From Draconibacterium orientale (GTDB lineage Bacteria > Bacteroidota > Bacteroidia > Bacteroidales > JAIFNL01), in contig DZBP01000001.1 of the NCBI GenBank assembly GCA_022729915.1, positions 1,831 through 65,830 on the forward strand: a stretch of DNA of 64,000 nt, in the 5' to 3' direction. A program made the position numbers and the translations under genes. The notes beneath the pieces were generated by a model. The model saw nothing but the letters and a program-made list of their open reading frames with translations, made no database searches and had not been told where the DNA came from. How positions within the stretch are numbered: position 1 is the stretch's first letter; every line of letters starts with the position of its first letter. Shown in pieces: positions 35,998-45,862 of this stretch.

Positions 35998-37440
35998 ATG
36001 ATAAAAAAATATGCCATTCTAGCTCTTTTTTTTAGCTTATCATTAAAAAATAATTTAGCACAAAATGTAATTATTAGAGGAAATGAGCCCAGTTATGCAG
36101 GCGATGTTTTTTCTTTTAAATATAATGTAGATTTGATTACCAACCTAGAAAAAGAATTAGCCCAGTGCAAAGTTTCTGAAAATGGCGATTTTAAAGTAAA
36201 TTTTCAGGTAAACGAAATAGTTCAAGCATCTGTAATTGTGGGTGCATTCAAAGGACTTATTTTTTTAGAGCCAAACAAAGACTATGAAATAGTTTTACCT
36301 CCCAAAAGAGTAAAAACGGAAGCAGACAAAATAAATCCTTTTTTTAGAGAAGATGAATTTTTTATTGGAGTAAAAAACCAAACAAAAAAGGAACTAAATT
36401 ATTTGATAGCCGATTATAATTTGCGGTACAATATTTACATGGATCAAAACTATATCCGTATTTTAAAATTAGGTTACAATTCAAATGTAGAAAAACAAAT
36501 TGGTATTTTTGACAGTATTTATGCAGATATTAAGAATCCGTATTTTATTAAATACAAAGAATATAAACATGCTGCTCTTAGAAATTTGGCTTATGTAAGA
36601 AGCAATGAAGGAATGCAAACAAAGTTTTTTGGTAACAAATCAGTTGAATATCAAAACATTGCGTACATGAATTTATTTAACAATATTTTCTCAAACTTTC
36701 TTGCCTTGTATTCTAAAACTGAAAAAGGCAAAGAAATTCCGGTTGATATTTTAGACAAAAAAAGCCTTGCTACACTAAAAATGACAGTTAAAGATTGGGA
36801 AATTCTTCATTCCGATAGTCTTGTAGAGTTAGTTATATTAAAAGGACTTTACGATGGATTACTTGCTCGCACTTACCCGCAAGAAGTGGTTAAAGTACTG
36901 TTAGATAGTATGTTAGTGCATTCAAATGTAGAAGAAAGCAAGCTTATAGCTAAAAATATTTTAAATAGTTCTAACTTTTTGCTGCCAGAATTTCCCGCCC
37001 CTGATTTTCGATTGCTTGATGTAAATAAACGGGAAGTTAATTTAGAGAGTTTAGGTAAGCGATTTATTTATTTAACTTTCTGTAATTTAAAGTCTTACAC
37101 ATGCCAACAAGAATTAGAAATGCTTAAAATTTTTCACGAAAAATACGCCGAATATTTCGATATTATAACAGTTTCAGTTGATGAAAATTTCGAGGAAACA
37201 ATAGAATATTTTAAGTCGCATAAATACGATTGGAAACTCTTATCCAATAGAGCTTATTCAAAAATTTTAAGCGATTATCAGATAAAAGCATATCCAACTT
37301 ACTATCTAATAAGCCCTAACAAAATATTGAAATTATCTCCGGCACCCTCGCCAGGTAATGATTTTGAACAAAAATTTGGGGTCATTTGGCAAGCCTACAA
37401 AAATGAACAGCAACGAGAAGAATATCGAACCAACGATTAA
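35998..37440 (+). CDS. secreted protein with a C-terminal TlpA/AhpC-like thioredoxin fold (SxxC in place of CxxC)
   Basis: 480 aa with a signal peptide. The last ~150 aa (APDFRLLD...GKRFIYLTFCNLKSYTCQQE...VSVDE...YPTYYLI) follow the TlpA-like redoxin pattern. The N-terminal ~330 aa are unassigned. Confidence 0.5.
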   Translation: MIKKYAILALFFSLSLKNNLAQNVIIRGNEPSYAGDVFSFKYNVDLITNLEKELAQCKVSENGDFKVNFQVNEIVQASVIVGAFKGLIFLEPNKDYEIVLPPKRVKTEADKINPFFREDEFFIGVKNQTKKELNYLIADYNLRYNIYMDQNYIRILKLGYNSNVEKQIGIFDSIYADIKNPYFIKYKEYKHAALRNLAYVRSNEGMQTKFFGNKSVEYQNIAYMNLFNNIFSNFLALYSKTEKGKEIPVDILDKKSLATLKMTVKDWEILHSDSLVELVILKGLYDGLLARTYPQEVVKVLLDSMLVHSNVEESKLIAKNILNSSNFLLPEFPAPDFRLLDVNKREVNLESLGKRFIYLTFCNLKSYTCQQELEMLKIFHEKYAEYFDIITVSVDENFEETIEYFKSHKYDWKLLSNRAYSKILSDYQIKAYPTYYLISPNKILKLSPAPSPGNDFEQKFGVIWQAYKNEQQREEYRTND

Positions 37441-37571
37441 TATCCAATTTATTAGGATTTTTTAGAAAATATTAATCAAATATCTTAAAATTATTTTTTT
37501 TGAAAAAAATAAAACCGTAGCTTTGAAAAAAAACTTCTAAATATCTTTACTTTTTTCAAAAAAAAATAATT

Positions 37572-38540
37572 ATGTCGCAGAAGAGCAATAAATCAACTAA
37601 AAAAAATACAATTTCGAAAAGAAATTCTCAAAAAAAGCATCATTTTAGCTCAAAACATTCAATATTAGTAATTTACATTGTACTTGTAGCTATTTTTATC
37701 TTTTTTTCATATTCATTTTTTTCAAGTTCAAGCGAATCATTTTCGGGAAAATTTAGCGAGGCATTTACTAAAACTACAAATCTGCTATTTTTTAATTCTG
37801 GAAGTAGTGGGTCAGCGCAAGGAATAAGCTCAAATACTTTGGTGTTAGACAAAATAGAACAAGGGTATCCGAAATTAGAAAACGAGTCGGAAGAAATTGA
37901 AACATATTCGGGCTTTCATCTATCTTATAATGAGCAACATGAACAAGCTAACTGGGTTGCATACATTCTTACTAAGCAAATGGTAAAAAACGATAAAGCT
38001 GAGCGAAATGATAATTTTAGACCCGATGAAAACATTCAAACCGGCTCAGCAACTTTGGACGATTACCGTGGAACTAATTATGACAGAGGACATTTAGCTC
38101 CGGCAGCCGATATGCATTGGTCAGAAAAAAGCATGGACGAATCGTTTTTGATGAGCAACATGAGCCCTCAAAATCAAGAATTTAATCGTGGAATTTGGAA
38201 AACTTTAGAAGAGAAAGTTCGCGATTTTGCTGTTGAAAATGAGCGCATTTTTGTAGTAACAGGTCCAGTTTTGAAGGATATTTCAAAAAAAATTGGCAAA
38301 AATAACGTTTCTGTGCCAAAATATTATTATAAAGTAATACTTGATATTTCTCAACCAAATTTTAAAGGAATTGCTTTTCTGATGGAAAACCAAGAAAGCT
38401 CCAAAAGCTTGACTTCTTTTGCAATGTCTATTGATAACTTAGAGAAATTTACAGGTATCGATTTTTTTCAAAATGTAAAAGATTCTACCATAGCAAAAAT
38501 AGAAGCCGATTTTAATATAAACGCTTGGAATTTAAATTAA
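37572..38540 (+). CDS. DNA/RNA non-specific endonuclease (NucA/EndoG family), membrane-anchored or secreted
   Basis: 322 aa. A basic N-terminus plus a TM segment, a catalytic DRGHLAPAAD motif, and SNMSPQ..FNRG.W. Confidence 0.88.
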   Translation: MSQKSNKSTKKNTISKRNSQKKHHFSSKHSILVIYIVLVAIFIFFSYSFFSSSSESFSGKFSEAFTKTTNLLFFNSGSSGSAQGISSNTLVLDKIEQGYPKLENESEEIETYSGFHLSYNEQHEQANWVAYILTKQMVKNDKAERNDNFRPDENIQTGSATLDDYRGTNYDRGHLAPAADMHWSEKSMDESFLMSNMSPQNQEFNRGIWKTLEEKVRDFAVENERIFVVTGPVLKDISKKIGKNNVSVPKYYYKVILDISQPNFKGIAFLMENQESSKSLTSFAMSIDNLEKFTGIDFFQNVKDSTIAKIEADFNINAWNLN

Positions 38541-38559
38541 TACAAAATTACTTTTTTAT

Positions 38560-38601
38560 AAAATCTTAGAATCTGATGACTATTACAGATTCTAAGATTT
38601 T
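38560..38601. terminator. long hairpin between the convergent nuclease gene and priA
   Basis: 16-bp perfect stem AAAATCTTAGAATCTG / CAGATTCTAAGATTTT with a 10-nt loop. The right arm overlaps the priA stop codon region. Confidence 0.6.
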
Positions 38602-41059
38602 ACATAGGATCAACATTTACAACTATTTGTAAGCCTCTAAAATGTAATTCGCTTTTCAAGCTTTGAACCAATTGTTTTATATAATCTTTAGCTTTATTTT
38701 GTGCTTTTTCTCGTTCTATTTTTACCAGAATATTTTTTATATAAAAATTCTGAATTCTGTTAATTGGAGGCGATTCGGGTCCTAAAATTCTGTCCGCAAA
38801 AATGTTTCTCAAGTGCTTTGCTAAAGCATCAGAAGCTTTATTGAGTGTTTCTAAATGCTTGTGTTTTAGGCTAATCAGAATAATTCGATAAAATGGTGGA
38901 TATTTAAATTTTAGCCTTTCAGTTATTTGAGTTTGGTAAAAAGCTTCAAAGTCATTATTTACAACATGTTTTATTACATAATGCTCTGGCTCAGCGGTTT
39001 GTATTACTACCAAACCTTGTTCTGAGCGCCTTCCGGCTCTTCCGCTAACTTGAAGCATTAATTGAAAACTTCTTTCGTGTGCTCTAAAATCCGGAAAATT
39101 AAGCATGTTATCTGCATTCAAAATTCCGACAATATTCACATTATCAAAATCTAATCCTTTAGAAATCATTTGAGTACCTATCAAAATGTCGATGTTTTTG
39201 TTTTCAAATCGTTGAATTATGCTTTGATAGGCAGTGCGCGAACGTGTTGTATCCAAGTCCATTCGAGCTATTTTATGATTTGGAAAAAGTATTTCCATAT
39301 CACTTTCTATTTTTTCAGTCCCAAACCCTTTAGTTTGAAGTGCGGAATCATTGCAAGCTAGGCAATTATTAGGCATCGACATGGTAAATCCGCAATAATG
39401 GCAAACAAGTTTATTGGTAAATTTGTAGTAAGTTAAACTCACATCGCAAAAATCGCATTTGGGAACCCAACCACAAGTGTTACATTCCAAAAATGGCGAA
39501 AAACCACGTCTATTTTGAAAAAGTATGCTTTGTTTTCCAGCTGTGAGCGATTTTTCCATATTTTCGATTAAAATTGGAGAAAAATGCCCTTTCATTTGCT
39601 TTTTTTTGCGCAAACGAATCAAATCAGCTACTACAATCTTGGGCATGGTTACATTGCCAAAGCGTTCAGTCAGTTTTACTAGTCCAAAACGGTTGGTCAA
39701 AGCATTGTAATAGCTTTCTATTGAAGGAGTTGCAGTTCCAAGCAATACTTTTGCGCCGTACATTTGAGCCAAAACAATGGCAGCATCGCGTGCATTGTAA
39801 CGTGGTGCTGGTGCCGTTTGTTTGTAATTATTTTCGTGCTCTTCATCTACTATTACTAAACCTAAATTGCTGAATGGTAGAAAAATAGATGAACGAACAC
39901 CTAAAATAATTCCATATTTTTTTTTATTTTCGCTGTTTAAATTTTTCCAAACTTCTACACGTTCAGAATCACTATATTTTGAGTGATAAATACCTGTTTT
40001 ATTTCCAAAAACTATACGTAACCTATTTACAATTTGAGCTGTAAGAGCTATTTCTGGGAGCAAATAAAGTACTTGCTTGCCTTCGAGTAGTGTTTTTTCA
40101 ATTAATTTGACATAAATTTCTGTTTTTCCACTTGAAGTAACTCCATGTAGTAAGCAAACATTTTTCTCTAAGAATACCTGATTAATTTTTTGATAGGCTT
40201 GTTCCTGTGCGTCGGAAAGGTCTTTTATATTGGAGACTTCTTTATCACTCAAATCGAGTCTATCCACTTCGAGCTTGTCAATTTTTAGTATGTTTTTGTC
40301 TTCAAGAGCTTTCAAAACAGCCGAACTAACATTATTTTCTTTTAAAAGTTTATCTTTTTTGTAATATTTTTGAGGTTTTGGCGAAAAATATTCTATTTTT
40401 TGGATAAATTTCATAAACAGCTCAAGCTGTTTTGGAATTTTTTCTAATTGGGTAAAAACTGATTCAATTTCAATGTTTGATTTTATGTTTTCATGCAGGC
40501 ATACAAAGCTTTCTGTTTTGGCTTTGTACTTTTTTTGTACCGATTCTTCTACCGAAATAATTCCTTTTTCGAGTAACGAATTGACATAACGAATAGACGA
40601 TTTTAGACCGGTTATTTTGCTTAAATCGCTGACTAACAATGATTTTTTCTCTTTCAGTTCGCTCAATATTTGAGTTTCTTTTGCAGAAAAATCGCTATTT
40701 AGCTCAATATCATCGTTTAAACACAGTTTAGTTTCACTTTCCAATTTTAAACCCGCAGGCAAAGCAGCCTGGTAAACCTCACCTAGAGTGCAAAGATAAT
40801 ACTCGGAAAGCCATTGCCAAAACTTTAATTGATAGGTATTTACAATAGGTTTTGAATCTAAAATACTGATAATTTCTTTTACTTCGTATTCTTTAGGTTC
40901 TTTAGAATCGAGCGAAAAAACGATGCCGGAATATATTTTTGATTTTCCGAAAGGAACTGTAACTCTTTTTCCTACAGCACATTCTGACTCCATCAAAACT
41001 GGAATTTTATAGGTAAAAAGTCGTGGCAAAGGAATGGGCAAAATTATATCGGCAAACAA
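38600..41059 (-). CDS. priA: primosomal replication-restart protein N' (PriA)
   Basis: 819 aa. N-terminal FADIILPIPL..FTY, Walker A GVTSSGKTE, DEEH, a Cys-rich zinc-binding insert (CNTCGW...CDFC...CHYCG...CLAC), and GTQMISKG. Confidence 0.92.
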   Translation of the reverse strand: MFADIILPIPLPRLFTYKIPVLMESECAVGKRVTVPFGKSKIYSGIVFSLDSKEPKEYEVKEIISILDSKPIVNTYQLKFWQWLSEYYLCTLGEVYQAALPAGLKLESETKLCLNDDIELNSDFSAKETQILSELKEKKSLLVSDLSKITGLKSSIRYVNSLLEKGIISVEESVQKKYKAKTESFVCLHENIKSNIEIESVFTQLEKIPKQLELFMKFIQKIEYFSPKPQKYYKKDKLLKENNVSSAVLKALEDKNILKIDKLEVDRLDLSDKEVSNIKDLSDAQEQAYQKINQVFLEKNVCLLHGVTSSGKTEIYVKLIEKTLLEGKQVLYLLPEIALTAQIVNRLRIVFGNKTGIYHSKYSDSERVEVWKNLNSENKKKYGIILGVRSSIFLPFSNLGLVIVDEEHENNYKQTAPAPRYNARDAAIVLAQMYGAKVLLGTATPSIESYYNALTNRFGLVKLTERFGNVTMPKIVVADLIRLRKKKQMKGHFSPILIENMEKSLTAGKQSILFQNRRGFSPFLECNTCGWVPKCDFCDVSLTYYKFTNKLVCHYCGFTMSMPNNCLACNDSALQTKGFGTEKIESDMEILFPNHKIARMDLDTTRSRTAYQSIIQRFENKNIDILIGTQMISKGLDFDNVNIVGILNADNMLNFPDFRAHERSFQLMLQVSGRAGRRSEQGLVVIQTAEPEHYVIKHVVNNDFEAFYQTQITERLKFKYPPFYRIILISLKHKHLETLNKASDALAKHLRNIFADRILGPESPPINRIQNFYIKNILVKIEREKAQNKAKDYIKQLVQSLKSELHFRGLQIVVNVDPM

Positions 41060-41274
41060 AGTTTTCTGGTTTTTTTTAATAAATTAGAATTTTTCAGATT
41101 AAATTAAATAAAATCTGAAAATTAAATTTCTAAATTTGATGTTTTTGACTACCAAATTTAAAAACTTCACCTAACAAAATTATAAAAAAAAAATCATTTT
41201 ATAAAATATGATTGAAAATTAAATAAACTTTGTATTTTTACATTTTAAAACTAATCTAAAAAAATAGCAACGTT

Positions 41275-41676
41275 ATGACAACTTTTGAAAGTGCCGTTAA
41301 AACGGTAAATTATTCAGATAAGACTATATTTCAGTTTCTTACAAACTTTAAAAACTACGAAAACTTGTTACCAGCTGATAAAATAACCCATTTTTCGGCA
41401 ACAGAAAATAGTTTTGGTTTTTCAATTAAACCTTTGGGCAGATTTTTATTGCAAATTGTTGGCAAAGAAGAATTTAAAAAAATTAAAATGCAGGGTGAAG
41501 CCAAAGTTAACTTTGACTTAATGGTTGATTTAATTCCTTTCACTGAAGAAGTTACAAAATTAAAGGTAACTATAAATGCAGATTTGAATCCTTTTGAAAA
41601 AATGATTGCCGCAAAACCTATTCAATCATTAGTGGATAGTATAGCTGAGCAAGCTACTCAAATAAAAATGGCATAG
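41275..41676 (+). CDS. small SRPBCC-like (START/Bet v1 fold) protein; tentative
   Basis: 133 aa. The size and the pattern FESAVKTVNYSDKTIFQFLTNFKNYENLLP resemble SRPBCC/CoxG-like proteins. Weak, by eye only. Confidence 0.35.
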   Translation: MTTFESAVKTVNYSDKTIFQFLTNFKNYENLLPADKITHFSATENSFGFSIKPLGRFLLQIVGKEEFKKIKMQGEAKVNFDLMVDLIPFTEEVTKLKVTINADLNPFEKMIAAKPIQSLVDSIAEQATQIKMA

Positions 41677-41704
41677 TTTAAATTAGCTGAAAATTGCAAA
41701 TAAA

Positions 41705-42433
41705 GTGGAAATAATTCATAAGGAAAGTTTACAATCTACCAACCTGTTTGCCAGTGAGTTACTAGATTTAGGCAAAATTTCAACGCCTACAATTGTTGTA
41801 ACTAATTGGCAAACAGCAGGGAAAGGCTATGGGAAAAATTCGTGGGAAAGTGCACCCAATGCGAATTTACTTTTTTCGATGGTGCTTTTTCCCCGATTTT
41901 TGAACGTCGAAAATATTTTTGGCATTTCAATTGGAGTTTCGTTGGCAATTTGTGAATTTTTAGAGCAATACATTGACAATGTGTCGATTAAATGGCCTAA
42001 CGATATTTATTGGAACAATAAAAAAATAGCTGGAATATTAATTGAAAATGCTTTTAGTAACGAAAGCTTGGAGCATACTATAATTGGTGTTGGGTTGAAT
42101 GTAAATCAGGAAATATTCCTTTCAAATCCGCCAAATGCTATTTCTATGTTTCAAATTACTGCTCAAAAGTATAATTTAAATGAGCTTTTGAGCGTTTTAT
42201 CTGAAAAAATTGTTATCAAGATTAACCATTTAGCTACTGAAAATTTTGAAAAAATATTGAACAACTATTATAAAAAAATGTATCGTTTCAATCAAAATCA
42301 TTTTTTTAAAATGCAGAGTGAAATATTTGAAGCTAAGATTGTTGGAGTGAACAATTGGGGCAACTTAATTTTGGAAAAACAAAATCAAGAGGTTCAAGTA
42401 TTTGGATTTAAGGAAGTTGAATACATTATTTAA
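41705..42433 (+). CDS. birA: biotin--[acetyl-CoA-carboxylase] ligase (group I, no HTH domain)
   Basis: 242 aa. QTAGKGYGKNSWES (the GRGRxGRxW equivalent), KWPNDIY and KIAGILIE. GTG start. Confidence 0.85.
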   Translation: MEIIHKESLQSTNLFASELLDLGKISTPTIVVTNWQTAGKGYGKNSWESAPNANLLFSMVLFPRFLNVENIFGISIGVSLAICEFLEQYIDNVSIKWPNDIYWNNKKIAGILIENAFSNESLEHTIIGVGLNVNQEIFLSNPPNAISMFQITAQKYNLNELLSVLSEKIVIKINHLATENFEKILNNYYKKMYRFNQNHFFKMQSEIFEAKIVGVNNWGNLILEKQNQEVQVFGFKEVEYII

Positions 42434-42449
42434 TTTATTATAAAAAATT

Positions 42450-43004
42450 ATGATTAAAAAAATTATAATTCTACTTGTTTTCTTTTATTTTCCCATTTTT
42501 ATTTTTGCGCAAGATGCTGAACCGGAATTTGAAGAAAATGAAACTGAAAAAGTAATAAACCCACCGCGTTTGATTGATAAACTAGCTTTTGGTGGTGGTT
42601 TTAGTCTTTCTTTTGGAACGTACACGCGCATAGCAGTTTCGCCTATTATAGGCTATCGACCTATCGAGCCATTTTTGTTAGGTATCGAAGGGCGATTTGC
42701 TTATATCAAAGATATTTACAATGGCTTTCAGACTTATTATTACGGTGCAGGTCCATTTGCACGCTTTACTTTTTTCAAAGGTATTTATGCGCAAGTTCAA
42801 GCCGAATATGTAAATTACGACGAAATTATTTTTTTGAGTTACAATTCACGAAGAATCTGGAACTCAGCTTATTTAGTAGGTTTTGGGTATAGCCAGCAAA
42901 TCGGCGAACGTTCTTATTCGTTCGTCTCTGTTTTGTGGGATATTAACGAAACAGCGGCTACGCTTTACGAAAGTCCAATTATTCGATTTGGTATTATTTT
43001 TTAA
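42450..43004 (+). CDS. small predicted outer-membrane beta-barrel protein
   Basis: 184 aa. Signal peptide, alternating aromatic/glycine beta-strand pattern, and a C-terminal F. Confidence 0.45.
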   Translation: MIKKIIILLVFFYFPIFIFAQDAEPEFEENETEKVINPPRLIDKLAFGGGFSLSFGTYTRIAVSPIIGYRPIEPFLLGIEGRFAYIKDIYNGFQTYYYGAGPFARFTFFKGIYAQVQAEYVNYDEIIFLSYNSRRIWNSAYLVGFGYSQQIGERSYSFVSVLWDINETAATLYESPIIRFGIIF

Positions 43005-43020
43005 TTTTAAATTACTGACT

Positions 43021-45090
43021 GTGAGTTTTTTATATCCTTCATTTTTATGGGCATTATTAGCCGTTAGTATTCCGATAATTATCCATTTATTTAATTTTAG
43101 GCGATACAAAACTGTTTATTTTAGCAATCTTATTTATTTGCGAAACATTAAAAAAGAGACCAAATCTAAGTCGCAATTAAAACATTTGATGATTTTATTG
43201 GCTCGAATTTTTACCATTATTTTTCTAGTTATAGCCTTTGCACAACCATACAAACCTGCAAAAAACAATAAAAATGATGTAAATAATGCGGCAGTTGCTA
43301 TTTATATCGACAATTCCTTTAGCATGGAAGCACAAGCTGAAGAAGGGGCTTTATTCAATATTGCTCAAAACTCTGCTATTCAAATACTTAATTCGTTTCC
43401 GCAAAATACACAGTTTTATATTATCACAAACGATTTTGAAAACAGCCATCAACATTCGTTTTCGCGCGAAAAAATGTTTGACTTACTTACAAAATTAGAA
43501 ATCAGCCCCAAAGTAAAAACGCTGTCGGATATTTTGGTTCGTGCAGATGACATAATGGCAGAAAATTTAGAAAATTCTAAAAAATCGAATCGTTTTTTGT
43601 TTGTCCTTTCCGATTTTCAAAAATCGAGTGCTAATTTCACACAACTTTCAACAGATTTGAACATCGAAACTTATTTTTTGCCTCTTAAATCGGCTCAGGT
43701 GAATAACTTATATATCGACTCTGTATATTTTGAATCACCTGGCAGAAAAATTAATCAGGCAGAAAGTATAAACATTAAACTTGTAAATAAATCAAATGAA
43801 AACTATCAAAATATTCCGGTAAAACTTTCTATAAATGGAATGCAAAAAGCAATTACAACTTTTTCAATTTCAGCAAATTCTGAACAAACGGTAAAACTTT
43901 CGTTTACGAATCCGACCACAGAAATAGTTAACGGAAGAATAGAAATAACCGATTACCCAATAGTTTTTGATAATACATTCTATTTCAGTTATGTAATTTC
44001 ACAAAAAATTGAAATACTCGAAATCTTTGAGCAAAATCCAAACAAATACATTACTGCTTTATACGCCGAAAATGAGAATTTAAATTTGAAAAATATTGGA
44101 ATACAACAAGTTTCGATTTCCGATTTTCAGAATTATCATTTAATAATTTTGAGCGAAGTAAAACAATTGTCGTCAGGAATTGCAAATGCGCTTAAAGATT
44201 TTGTTTCGTTGGGTGGTACATTGCTTATTTTGCCTGATTTTACTAGCAATTTAGAATCTATAAATTCTTTTTTGACAGAAATAAATCAGGCAAAATTATT
44301 AAAACTCGATACACTAAATACCGAATTAAAAAATGTAAATTTGGAAAGTGAGTTGTATAAAACTTCTCTGAAATCGTTCAAAAACGATGTAAAGTTACCA
44401 GTTATTGATAAATATTTTAAGATTTCGGAAAACAATAAAAATTTAGCTCTGCTGACTGCAAAAAATAATTCGGTTATTTTGTCAGAAAGTTACTTAGGAA
44501 AAGGAAAATCCTTTCTTTTTGCAATTCCATTTTCTAAGGAATCCGGTAATTTTATTAATCACAAATTATTTGTACCAACCTTGTACAATATTGCACTTTA
44601 TAGTCAAAATACTTCAGAAATATATTACACATTAGGAGAAAATAATCTGGTAGAAATTTCTATTTCTCAAAATGAAGATTTTCAGGTTATGCACGTGCAA
44701 AATTTAGATAAAACTTATGATTTTATTCCTGAAGCTATTAAAAAACCAGAAACAAATCTGCTTCGAATAAATTTTTACGACAATATTAAAACAGCAGATA
44801 ATTATTTATTGGTTGAAAACGACAAATTACTTGGGACTGCAAGTTTCAACTACAATAGAGCAGAGTCGATAATGGATTTTTATACTGAAGATGAGCTATT
44901 TGCTTCGGTTCAAAAATTAGGAACTGACCGAATGAAAGTATTTAAATCGAATGACAAATTTATCGAAGAAACGCTTTCCGAATTTTCAAAAGGTAGTAAA
45001 TATTGGAAATATTTTTTACTTTTAGCTCTATTAACTTTGGCGGCAGAAATTTTGCTAATTCGTATTAAAAAACCACAAAATAATTTATAG
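43021..45090 (+). CDS. BatA-N-terminal-domain (aerotolerance regulator N-terminal) membrane protein
   Basis: From GTG 43021 the protein starts VSFLYPSFLWALLAVSIPIIIHLFNFRR, the canonical BatA_N opening. It has a second TM segment and a C-terminal TM. The ORF-track start at 42883 would overlap the upstream gene by 122 nt. Confidence 0.65.
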   Translation: MSFLYPSFLWALLAVSIPIIIHLFNFRRYKTVYFSNLIYLRNIKKETKSKSQLKHLMILLARIFTIIFLVIAFAQPYKPAKNNKNDVNNAAVAIYIDNSFSMEAQAEEGALFNIAQNSAIQILNSFPQNTQFYIITNDFENSHQHSFSREKMFDLLTKLEISPKVKTLSDILVRADDIMAENLENSKKSNRFLFVLSDFQKSSANFTQLSTDLNIETYFLPLKSAQVNNLYIDSVYFESPGRKINQAESINIKLVNKSNENYQNIPVKLSINGMQKAITTFSISANSEQTVKLSFTNPTTEIVNGRIEITDYPIVFDNTFYFSYVISQKIEILEIFEQNPNKYITALYAENENLNLKNIGIQQVSISDFQNYHLIILSEVKQLSSGIANALKDFVSLGGTLLILPDFTSNLESINSFLTEINQAKLLKLDTLNTELKNVNLESELYKTSLKSFKNDVKLPVIDKYFKISENNKNLALLTAKNNSVILSESYLGKGKSFLFAIPFSKESGNFINHKLFVPTLYNIALYSQNTSEIYYTLGENNLVEISISQNEDFQVMHVQNLDKTYDFIPEAIKKPETNLLRINFYDNIKTADNYLLVENDKLLGTASFNYNRAESIMDFYTEDELFASVQKLGTDRMKVFKSNDKFIEETLSEFSKGSKYWKYFLLLALLTLAAEILLIRIKKPQNNL

Positions 45091-45126
45091 AGATTTAATT
45101 TTTGCAATCTAAAAACAAAAAAAATT

Positions 45127-45163
45127 ACATTGCCAAAGATTTTTGCTTTGGCAATGTTTTTTT
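45127..45163 (+). terminator. intrinsic terminator after the BatA-N gene
   Basis: 12-bp stem ACATTGCCAAAG / CTTTGGCAATGT with a 7-nt loop, followed by TTTTTTT. Confidence 0.8.
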
Positions 45164-45200
45164 AGAATCACCTTTTTACTTATTTGAAAATTAAAGTTTT

Positions 45201-45305
45201 AAGCACTAATGTTATTCTATTTTGAGCAAGTCTTTTTGTAAACAAATAAATTTTAAGCACTTAGCAAAATGAAATATACAATTTAATTTGGCTCACTACT
45301 TATAA
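45201..45305 (+). repeat. Intergenic element family, copy B
   Basis: 90/105 identical to copy A (2297-2401) with no gaps. The 3' 74 nt are 68/74 identical. Same hairpin position, with the G-C pair changed to G-T. Confidence 0.85.
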
Positions 45306-45398
45306 ATCAAATTTGAAATGATTCTAATTTGCATAAATCTTTCATTTTCAAATCTTCAAATTTACATATTTTCAAATCCTATAAATTTAAAATTTTAC

Positions 45399-45827
45399 CT
45401 ATTTTTTTACTTTAAGTACTTCTGTAATCGCTTTTACCAGTGTTTCTTTAGGCAAAGCACCTTGTGCCATTTGCGGTTGCCCCGTTGCAGGAATAAATAA
45501 AATGCTTGGAATGCTAGTAATTCCAAAGGCTGCCGACACTTTTCGTGCGTTTTCGGTATTGACTTTGTAAATTATTAATTTGTTTCCATATTCCTTTGCC
45601 AACTGGTCTAAAATAGGAGCAACTTTTTTGCAAGGTCCACACCAATCGGCATAAAAATCAACTATTGCCGGAGTTTTTCCTAAGTATTTCCACTCAGTGT
45701 CTTTGTCATAATCAAATACTAATTTTTTAAATGTTTCGTCAGTTAAATGAATTGTTTTTTGTGCAAACAGGATATTTGTAAAGCTCAAAAAAGCGATTAT
45801 TATTGCAATTTTTTTCATACCTATCAA
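45399..45827 (-). CDS. exported thioredoxin (signal peptide, WCGPC)
   Basis: 142 aa. N-terminal signal-like MKKIAIIIAFLSFTNILFAQ, then a thioredoxin domain with DFYADWCGPCK. Confidence 0.88.
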   Translation of the reverse strand: MIGMKKIAIIIAFLSFTNILFAQKTIHLTDETFKKLVFDYDKDTEWKYLGKTPAIVDFYADWCGPCKKVAPILDQLAKEYGNKLIIYKVNTENARKVSAAFGITSIPSILFIPATGQPQMAQGALPKETLVKAITEVLKVKK

Positions 45828-45862
45828 ATTTATATATGTAAATAAATTAATAAATTAATTGT

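Noticed and set aside
42883-43020. An upstream extension of the BatA-N gene (the ORF-track start at 42883).
   Set aside because: It would overlap the preceding gene by 122 nt. The canonical BatA N-terminal sequence (SFLYPSFLWALL...IIHLFNFRR) begins exactly at GTG 43021.
45318-45500. A 60-aa plus-strand ORF directly downstream of repeat copy B.
   Set aside because: It is a low-complexity hydrophobic translation of AT-rich DNA, and its last third is antisense to the thioredoxin 3' end. I do not call it as a CDS, but it is noted in the copy-B finding because a B-driven transcript would cover it.
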